Shown: positions 54,836 through 64,000 of the stretch, piece after piece
Layout of the letters: each line of letters begins with the position of its first letter
Numbering within the stretch: position 1 is the first letter of the stretch
Origin: Octopus vulgaris
Taxonomy: Eukaryota
Length of the DNA: 64,000 nt
Direction: 5' to 3'
NCBI GenBank assembly: GCA_951406725.2
Contig: OX597817.1
Location: forward strand, 158,410,001-158,474,000
Notes under the pieces: model-generated
Databases searched by the model: none
What the model was told of the DNA's origin: nothing
What the model saw: the letters and a program-made list of their open reading frames with translations, nothing else
Program-made: the position numbers and the translations under genes

Positions 54836-55089
54836 ATATATATATATATATATATAATGTGTGCATTATGTGGTCGGTTGTGCTGAAAATATGCACACCT
54901 ATGTTAAAAGTGCTGGCGAGTTTGCATGGCAACTATTTTTTTCCTCAAATGAAAGGCGTGACTTCTAGGACAAAATTCCTCATCTTATAAAATGTGACCC
55001 TGGTAGACCCGAATGAAATCGGGTTATATTAACCAAAATGTGAAAAGAGGTCTAAATGGGGCTTGGAGGGGATTAAAATTTACAGGAGC

Positions 55090-55470
55090 GGGTGTTTAGG
55101 AATTCTCTGTTACATGAAGCTAAAAAATTTGCGCCAGCCTTTAAAACGTCAATGTGTTGCCGTCCATGATGAAGAAGATTTGAATGCTTGCCATGGTGAG
55201 TCTACTGTCGTGAGAAAGAATCACTTCAAAGCTTGGTGTTTAGGAATTTTCTTTTACATCAAGTTCAAAATTTTACGCCAGCCGTTAAACTGTCACTATG
55301 TTACTGTCCGTCGTTAAGAAATGCCAGCCATGGTGACCCTACTATCCTCAGATTCTATCCTTTCAAACTTTGGTTTCCAATATTTTAAAATTTTTATTCA
55401 GCTCGCAAGTTCGTCTGTCCCTTTTAAATGTTAGTGTTTTGCTTTCTGCCTTGAAGTAGACCTTTCCGTT
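55090..55470. repeat. Degenerate ~140-bp tandem repeat (about 2.5-3 units)
   Basis: GGTGTTTAGGAATT at about 55092 and 55235; GCCATGGTGA repeated; third unit highly diverged. Confidence 0.7.
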
Positions 55471-55670
55471 ATCACTGCCTGATATTTATAATTGATCTTT
55501 CAAACTACTTTCTTTCTCAACTTACTCAAGATCTTTTGTTGTTTATAAATGGGAGAGAGATAGATAGGGAAAGATAGAGAGTAAGAGAAAACGAGGGAGA
55601 GTCCGAGAGAAAGGAAAAGTAAGAGAGTGGGAAAGGGAGAGAGAAAGGAGAGAGAAACAAAGAGGGAGAA

Positions 55671-56010
55671 TCATCATCATCCTCATCATCATCATTTAAC
55701 GTCCGTTTTCCGTGCTAGCACGGGTTGGACGGTTTGACCGGGGTCTGAGAAGCCAGGAGGCTGCACCAGGCTCCAGTCTGATCTGGCAGTGTTTCTACAG
55801 CTGGATGCCCTTCCTAACGCCAACCACTCCGTGATTGTAGTGGATGCTTTTTTCGTGCAACCGGCACAGGTGCCACGGGGGGAGGGGCACTGGCAGCGGC
55901 CACGATCGGTTGGTGCTTTTTACGTGCCACCGGCACACAGAAGCCAGTCAAGGCGGCGCTGCCATCGGCCACATTCGGATGGTGCTTTTTACGTGCCGAA
56001 AGGATGCAAC
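55671..56010 (-). mobile_element. RTE-related 3' UTR element with (GAT)n tail
   Basis: Similar to 3495-3680 (TTTAACGTCCG...CTGGATGCCCTTCCTAA); internal repeats GGTGCTTTTTACGTGCC. Confidence 0.7.
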
Positions 56011-56149
56011 AGAAAGTAACAACCACACTCTTACCCGCGCATAGAGCGGGTCACCTTGAGCTAGTATATATATCACCTTTAAACGGAACCTGGACACATT
56101 TCTTTAATGTATATATATATATATATTCCAAGAAAGTTAGAGGTTGTGA

Positions 56150-56255
56150 ATCCAACCAACTAAGGGGTAATATCTATCCAATATACTGCTGGTAGAATAC
56201 CCAGTTATTAATACACAAGTGTTTTTATTGCATTGCAATTACATTACCGAGTGTA
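56150..56255 (-). repeat. Unclassified dispersed repeat (also at 17-59 and 28125-28225)
   Basis: Shared GGGTA.T.TACCA(A/G)CAGTATATTGGATA motif at three loci. Confidence 0.6.
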
Positions 56256-56429
56256 CTAAATGGGAGGGGGTAAAGAGATATTTTACCATTAATTTATAGA
56301 GCAATAAGAAAACGGAGGGGATCAAAGGTGGTATTCATCAACTTTTAGACATTATATTATGCCAATTAATTAATTTATTTACTAAAATGACAATTACAAT
56401 AATATACATACATGTAATCCCAGCTAGAC

Positions 56430-56770
56430 GGTTCCGGGTTCAGTTCCACTGCGTCGTGGCATTTTTGGCAGGTGTTTTTTTCCTATAGTCTTGAGATGAC
56501 TAAATCCTTGTGAGTGTATTTGGTAGACGGAAACTGAAAGAAGCAGGTCGTATATATACATATACATATACATTTGTGTGTGTGTGTGTGTGCGTGTGTG
56601 TGTGCGCGCACACACACACGTCTTTATGTCTGTTTTTGCTGGAGCACCATCTTGAAGGGTTTAGTCAAACAAATCAACCCAAGCACTTAATATCTTTTTT
56701 AGTTTATTACTTATTCTATTGGCGTCTTATGCCGAATTGCTAATTTACGGGAGCGTAAACAAACCAACAA
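56430..56770. mobile_element. Old SINE A pieces in opposite orientation
   Basis: Plus-strand head/core to about 56636, then minus-strand 3' part. Confidence 0.65.
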
Positions 56771-57004
56771 GTGGTAGAGGGGGAAAAAAAGAAACGCATA
56801 CACGGAGACATACAATACTAATATCCTGAGCATCCGTTGTGGTTCAGCATCTATATACACTTGGAACATCTATCGCTCCAAACAACCATAATGGTGAAAC
56901 GCGCGTAGGGATCTTGGTACAAACCTGTGTTAATCCTTAATTTTGTCATGTATCTATGTATATAATATAATATAATATAATATGATATAATATAATATAA
57001 TATA

Positions 57005-57392
57005 CTAGCAGTATCGCCCGGCGTTGTTCGGGTTTGTAAGGGAAATAACTATTTAAGCATTTTTAGAGAGTTATAGTCAAAAAATAGCAAAAAAATGCAT
57101 TAAAAATGCAAAAAAAATGATAGTAAATTTTTTTTAAATCGTTGACTCATCGTAGACATTTTTAGAGAGTTACTTCCCTTATATAATAGCGAAAACAATG
57201 CATTAAAATGGAAAAAAATGATGGTAAATTTTTTTTTTAAATCGTAGACGCGTGCTAATACCCAGAAGGGCTCGATATGAATCACGACTATAAGATACCC
57301 GGTTTTGGTTAAACTGCACCGCAAAATGTGGGAGTAGTTAGGAATCTAAATCGTAGGAGACAGACACACAACTTCTCTTTTATATATAAAGA
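57005..57392 (-). mobile_element. Non-autonomous Helitron-like element, family H1 (copy 3)
   Basis: Near-identical to 99-498. Confidence 0.8.
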
Positions 57393-58781
57393 TATATATA
57401 TATATCAGAGGCGACTCAAGGTCATCAGCGTCACCCGGTCTCATCACCGATTTCGCATAAGATACACGCTTACTCGAAGAATTTCACGTTATCTCACTTT
57501 ATTTCTAACCCCAAATAGCTTTTTTTTTTTATATCTAGCACTATCTCTTTTTCAGCTTCTAAGTTAAGGGTAAAAATAAAGCAACCCTGCCAAACACAAC
57601 TGATCTTTATACACAGACGCAGAGAATAACAGCAATCAAATAACGACAGCAGCGTGCACAACAAACATCAGCGATCTGACTGCTGTCCATACTCTTCACA
57701 AGAGAAACTATTTAGTCTTTTACATCTACCAGGCTTATTTGTATTAACCCGAGTTGCTGGATAATTTTTCGTTCCTTTAAGAATATTGTAGAACAGAAAC
57801 TTTTCATAGATTGGAATTTAAATCCTAATCTTTATAGAAATTTATTGTTTCAAGAAAACATTGAACTTGAATTGCTTTTAATTTTTACGATTACAGATAA
57901 CAACTGTAACTTCTTAGCCCGAGTCAGACGCGTGTGAACGATGTCGAAAGAACGTCTCCTACGAATGATATTTTTTGACGCTGGGCACCGCTAAGTCAAC
58001 AACCAGACGCTGATGGAAAATAAATGAACTGCAACCAAGCTCAATAAAGATTAGTTTTCCATCTACAAAATATAAATATTCACACTATTACACTTGAAAC
58101 GTACCTTTTATAACTCTTTATCTCGATTTATACGGGAAGGTATTTAGAATATCCAAACTTATTTCTGCAAATGTGCTAAGCACTGATGCTGTTCATAGCT
58201 TAATCAATAAGCGTACGAGTAAGATAAATGCAATAAAAATAGGGGACGGGTCAGTGGGGCACCATTTAAGCGACCCTTCAGAAATTGAACCTCCTTACGA
58301 TACTCCCTGGGAGTTCATGGTATGAAACTCATTGCACCGATCTGGTCGTCAGTGCCATGTATTTAGTTTGAAATGCAGTAAAAATAAGGGGTCAATGGGG
58401 CCCCAATTTGGTGGCTCTTAAAAAAATAGACATCCTTACGACATTCCTTGGGAATAGAGAGATAGCCAGGGTTCGCTCCAGTCAGCAATATATTCTTTTC
58501 TACTCTAGGCACAAGGCACGAAATTTTGGGGGAGAGGGTCAGTCGATTAGATCGACCACAGCAGTGATCCGCTGCCCTAACCACTGGGCCATTGCGCCTC
58601 CACCGGTGTTGCTGTTGCCTGGCGTTCTTACTGATAACGTTAGTATTTCTGCTACTGCTTCTCTTGTTGCTGCTGTTGCGGTTGCTGCTGCTACTGTTTC
58701 GTATGGATGCAGCTATGAATATTTCTGTATTTCTTTTTTATTTGTGGATTTCTCTAAACAATTGTTGCTATCGGTATTGTT

Positions 58782-58991
58782 GCGAGTTGGCAGAGACGTT
58801 AGCACGCCGGGCGAAATGCTTAGCGGTATTTCGTCTGTCGTTACGTTCTGAGTTCAAATTCCGCCGAGGTCGACTTTGCTTTTCATCCTTTCGGGGTCGA
58901 TAAGTTAAGTACCAGTTACGCACTTGGATCGATGTAATCGACTTAATCCGCTTGTCCTCTGTGTTTGGCCCCTTGTGGGTTGTAAAGAAAT
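58782..58991 (+). mobile_element. SINE family B monomer
   Basis: Head to AAAGAAATA tail. Confidence 0.88.
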
Positions 58992-59381
58992 AGGTTTTGC
59001 CGTTGCTGTTGAGCGAACGATCTTCGTCCCAGAGCTCACAAGATGGGAGAAGTCCGAAACGTGGTCCTTTGCTATTCGTAAGACCCGCAAAAAAGAGAGC
59101 AGGTCAACCCCCGACCGAGAGCATCGACGGATGGATGAATGTGCGCATCCAAGCTCAGCGGTTGCATAAGAAGTCGGGGACAAGAAACAGGAAGAAAGAG
59201 TGAGAGAAAGTTGGGGCGAAAGAGTACAACAGGGGTCGCCACCCACCCCCTGCCGGAGCCCCCCGTGGAACTTTAGGTGTTTTCGCTCAATAAACACACA
59301 CAACGCCCGGTCTGGGAATCGAAACCGCGATCCTCCGACCGCGAGTCCGCTGCCCTAACCGTTGGGCCATTACGCCTCCAC
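58992..59381 (-). mobile_element. SINE family C, tail type 4
   Basis: Same head/body; a fourth unrelated tail ending ...GATCGTTCGCTCAACAGCAACGGCAAAAC. Confidence 0.85.
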
Positions 59382-59989
59382 TTGTTGCTGCTGCAACTTT
59401 TTAGTGTGGATGCTGTTATGAATATTTTTGTTATTTCCTTTTTATTCGTGGATTTCTCTAAACAATTGTTGCTATCGGTATTCCCGCTGCTGTTGCTCTT
59501 ACTACCGCTGTTGTTATTGCTATCTCCACTGTTGTTGTTGTTGTTGTTCTTTTTCCATTTGTTACCGTTATTTATATCGCTGCTGTTATTTCTACTATGT
59601 TGCTGCTGCTGCTGTTGTTGTTGTTGTTACTGCGGCTGCTGGCCTTTTCATCTTACAGTTGCCGTTGCTGTCATCGCAGCCATTGCAGTGTCTATATTCT
59701 CTCTGATATCTTTCTATAAGAAATATTTCAGTTTCGCAACACAAACAGAAGATATAAAGTGTATTTGTTCAGCGTGTGGCAAATATTTATCCGGGTGTCC
59801 TCTTCTCCCCCACCTTTCTCTCTCTCTCTTTCTCTTATTCTTATCTGCCATACTGTCGTCCACCCACAATAACATATACCTTTATTTTCGCCTATTTATC
59901 TATTTTGCTTACGGATGGCGGTCACCATCGAAATATATTCAACATCAACACCAGGATAAAGCAGCTTCAAACAACAAACTATTTTATTT

Positions 59990-60391
59990 AGCGCAGGAGT
60001 GGCTGTGTGGTAAGTAGCTTGCTAACCAACCACATGGTTCCGGGTTCAGTCCCACTGCGTGGCATCTTGGGCAAGTGTCTTCTGCTATAGCCCCGGGCCG
60101 ACCAATGCCTTGTGAGTGGATTTGGTAGACGGAAACTGAAAGAAGCCTGTCGTATATATGTATATATATATATATATAAGTGTGTGTGTTTGTGTGTCTG
60201 TGTTTGTCTCCCTAGCATTGCTTGACAACCGATGCTGGTGTGTTTACGTCCCCGTCACTTAGCGGTTCGCCAAAAGAGACCGATAGAATAAGTACTGGGC
60301 TTACAAAGAATAAGTCCCGGGGTCGATTTGTTCGACTAAAGGCGGTGCTCCAGCATGGCCGCAGTCAAAATGACCGAAACAAGTAAAAGAG
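59990..60391 (+). mobile_element. SINE family A, full length (followed by a degenerate SINE B at 60400-60583 and an inverted SINE A piece at 60583-60695)
   Basis: tRNA-like head GCGCAGGAGTGGCTGTGTGGTAAG...GGTTCAGTCCC, CORE-like TTGGGCAAGTG, internal microsatellite, tail. Confidence 0.92.
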
Positions 60392-60817
60392 CTACTCGCA
60401 GCTGCCATAATCGTTAGCATGCCGGACAAAATGCTCGGCAGCATTTCTTCTGGCTCTTTAAACGTTCTGGGTTTAAATTCCATCGTGGGTAACTTTGCCT
60501 TTCATCCTTTCGTGGTAGATAACATAAGTACCAGTTGAGCACTGTGGTCGCTGTAATCGATTACCCGCTTTCCCCGCCAAAATTCTATCGGTCTATTTTA
60601 TATTTTGCCGAACTTCTAAGTTACGGGGACATAAACATACCATTTACCGGTTCTCAAGCGAAGGTGGGGGACAAACACAGAAACAAAGACACATACATAC
60701 ATACATACATACGTACATACATACATGCATACATGCATGCATACATACATACATACATATATGTATCGCTAGCCACTACACATTCTTTATTTTCTCTCTT
60801 TCTTTCTTTCTGTGTTC

Positions 60818-60853
60818 CTTTCTGTGGAAGAGCGTAGGCTCGAAACGTTAAAG
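60818..60853 (+). ncRNA. Hammerhead-like motif with variant core in a putative Penelope-like fragment (60765-60940)
   Basis: CTTT-CTGTGGAA-GAGC-GTAG-GCTC-GAAAC-GTT-AAAG: all three stems intact, but the core deviates from CUGANGA. Downstream sequence recurs inverted at 36300-36378. Confidence 0.45.
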
Positions 60854-60935
60854 ACTTTTTCACTTCTCGAGCGTTATACTAATGCATCTGTTTGTTGTCT
60901 ACAGCACCTCTCTTCGTCTCTTGCTTTTTTGATTG

Positions 60936-60988
<53 letters not shown>

Positions 60989-61667
60989 AATATGAGAGAG
61001 AATCCACTATGTGGACGCTCTTACGCTAGAGATAGATCCGCAAGAGTCTCAACCACTAAGAATTATTCTCAAGAAAACTTTAGCACACTATGAACGTAAG
61101 CGAGCGGGACAAATGAAAAATAACAAAAATATAGATTAACCCCATACAATTATGCAATTTTACTTACATAATTAATCCTCAGATCCTCAGTGAGGTACGT
61201 CAAAAATATAATTTGTCGAACTACACGCTATATATTAACACGAGGTCAAAAACACGAGCAGTTCGGCCTATTATATTCACAGTTATATTCAAATGCCCTC
61301 GTTCTAGCGCGCCAAATTCCCGCAAATAAATACTGTATAAGTAATTCGCTGCAGTATTTTACGCAGTAGTTTTCATATATATATATATAATTATGAGTTA
61401 GAGGTTATGCAAGCGTCTACGAGATAAATGTATCCGTTGACACTACTGGTATATTACCTCATAATGTATAAGCTTTGCTATAAGGTTAACAGTAGTTGGT
61501 AATTTAAATGGTAAACCGTGGTTTAATATATTCAGATGGGCTTCTTTCAGTTTCCATCTACCATCTTTGGTCGGTCCGAAGATCTAATAGAAGTGTCACG
61601 CAGTGGAACTGAGCCCAGAACTATGTGGATAGGAACCAAGCTTCTTACCAGACAGTCACGCCTGATC

Positions 61668-61721
<54 letters not shown>

Positions 61722-61724
<3 letters not shown>

Positions 61725-62132
61725 TCTTTTACTCTTTTACTTGTTTCAGTCATTTGACTGTAGCCATGCTGGAGCACCGCCTTTAATCGAGCAACTCGAC
61801 CCCGCGACTTATTCTTTTGTAAGCCCAGTACTTATTCTATCGGTCTCTTTTGCCGAACCGCTAAGTAACGGGGACGTAAACACACCAGCATCGGTTGTCA
61901 AGCAATGCTAGGGGGACAAACACAGACACACAAACACACACACGCATATATATATATATACATATATACGACGGGCTTCTTTCAGTTTCCGTCTACCAAA
62001 TCCACTCACAAGGCGTTGGTCGGCCCGAGGCTATAGCAGAAGACAATTGCCCAAGGTGCCACGCAGTGGGACTGAACCCGGAACCATGTGGTTGGTAAAC
62101 AAGCTACTTACCAAACAGCCACTCCTGCACCT
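61722..62132 (-). mobile_element. SINE family A, full length (older fragment at 61536-61665)
   Basis: Direct match to family A. Confidence 0.92.
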
Positions 62133-62569
62133 ATATATATATATATAATTATGTAATGTAAATACAATTCTATTGAAATAATCTATTAAGTGCTACAAAT
62201 ATATACAATACAGTTTGCTTATTTCTCGACAGAAGTTATAAAACAGAAATTGTATGACTCATATAAACTGTATTATCACTCTGGTTTCACTGAAGAATTA
62301 GCTAGTATCTAGGGTTATTATGTGTTATGTTCAATTTCTCTTCCTAAGTAAACTGCTGCTACAGACTAGCTTTATGTCCAGGTGCGGGTTTGCTTTACAA
62401 CTGCTTAATGCTACGGAAGAAACGTCGATCCCTCTTGATCTTTGTGATTCAGCAAAGGATATGTGTATTCAGAGCGGCATTAATAACACGTTATGTATGC
62501 TGATGCTTTGTATGTACCTGTGCGTGTGCATATATGTATGTGTGTATGTTTTGTGTGTGCGTGTGTGCT

Positions 62570-62616
<47 letters not shown>

Positions 62617-62767
62617 GTGTGTATGTTTGTGTTTCTCTGCATGTGTGTGTGTGTGTGTGTGTCCAATTAGATGTTATGCAGTCTTAACGTAAGACTGACC
62701 TCTAACAGGGTGGACACATACTTTGAACACAAGCGAATAATAACTACCCACAGCAATATCAAACCAA

Positions 62768-62769
62768 CA

Positions 62770-62819
<50 letters not shown>

Positions 62820-62889
62820 AAAAATAATAATAATAATAATAATAAAAATAATGATAATAATAATAATGATGATAATAATAATAATAATG

Positions 62890-62962
<73 letters not shown>

Positions 62963-63051
62963 TAATAATAATAATAATGATAATAATATTAATAATAATA
63001 ATAATAATAACAATAACAATAATGATAATAATAATAATAATAATAAGGATG

Positions 63052-63103
<52 letters not shown>

Positions 63104-63120
63104 TAATAATAATAATAATG

Positions 63121-63157
<37 letters not shown>

Positions 63158-63186
63158 TAATAATAATGATAATAATAATAATAATG

Positions 63187-63253
<67 letters not shown>

Positions 63254-63270
63254 TAATAATAATAATAATG

Positions 63271-63319
<49 letters not shown>

Positions 63320-63336
63320 TAATAATAATAATAATG

Positions 63337-63370
<34 letters not shown>

Positions 63371-63378
63371 TGATGATG

Positions 63379-63421
<43 letters not shown>

Positions 63422-63428
63422 CAATAAT
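62768..63428. repeat. 660-bp (GAT)n/(AAT)n microsatellite
   Basis: Directly visible; source of the poly-I/L/Y ORFs. Confidence 0.97.
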
Positions 63429-63612
63429 GGCTAACACTAATAAATATAGATAGTATAAGCAAGCAAAGTATATTGTTAAGTCATTTCCAATGTTTAACTT
63501 GGGTCTCTGAATAGAATTTTTATCTGTCACCTGTTCCAGGTAACAATGACAAACACGTTAGGAATTTTATTTACATTTCCGCTAGATGTGCTTACACACT
63601 TTCATCTCTCCA

Positions 63613-64000
63613 TATGTATGTGTGTGGGTGTATGTATGTATGTATGTATGTATGTATGTATGTATGTATGTATGTATGTATGTATGTATGTATGTATGCA
63701 TGTGTGTATGTGTGTATGTATGTATGTGTGTATGTATGTATGTATGTGTGTATGTATGTATGTATGTATGTATGTATGTATGTATGTATGTATGTATGCA
63801 TGCATGTGTGTATGCATGTATGTATGCATGTATGTATGTATGCATGTGTGTATGTGTGTATGTGTGTATGTATGTATGTGTGTATGTATGTATGTATGTA
63901 TGTATGTATGTATGTATGTATGCATGCATGTGTGTATGTGTGTATGTATGTGTGTATGTATGTATGTATGTGTGTATGTATGTATGTATGTATGTATGCA
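63613..64000. repeat. (TATG)n microsatellite; many similar (TA)n, (TATG)n, (TCTA)n, (TCTG)n and (CA)n tracts occur throughout
   Basis: Directly visible. Confidence 0.97.

Noticed and set aside
59277-60017. 246-aa hydrophobic ORF
   Set aside because: Composed of SINE C antisense sequence and (GTT/GCT)n low-complexity DNA.
62667-63530. 287-aa poly-Ile ORF and overlapping poly-Leu/Tyr ORFs
   Set aside because: (AAT)n microsatellite.

Overview
AT-rich, microsatellite-saturated eukaryotic genomic DNA with one 100-N scaffold gap (34510-34609). The SINE and microsatellite landscape points to a coleoid cephalopod such as Octopus; this is an inference, not a database result. Almost all ORFs in the supplied track are translations of simple repeats. 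The only recognisable host coding sequence is a gap-truncated minus-strand terminal exon with C2H2 fingers that matches the C-terminus of PRDM14. The rest is mobile DNA: three abundant tRNA-headed SINE families (here A, B, C), two non-autonomous Helitron families, mariner-, hAT- and Merlin-type MITEs, and RTE, CR1, R4/Dong-like and Gypsy fragments. There are also several Penelope-style palindromic elements, and minimal hammerhead-ribozyme motifs occur at four loci. Most notable: (i) a tRNA-headed SINE-like element that also carries a hammerhead ribozyme and a Penelope-type inverted terminal copy (11877-12277); (ii) SINE B head-less tandem multimers sharing one fixed junction at five loci; (iii) one SINE C head/body joined to four unrelated 3' tails; (iv) a Helitron flanked by a ~150-bp direct duplication. 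Coordinates were read by eye and may be off by a few bases.
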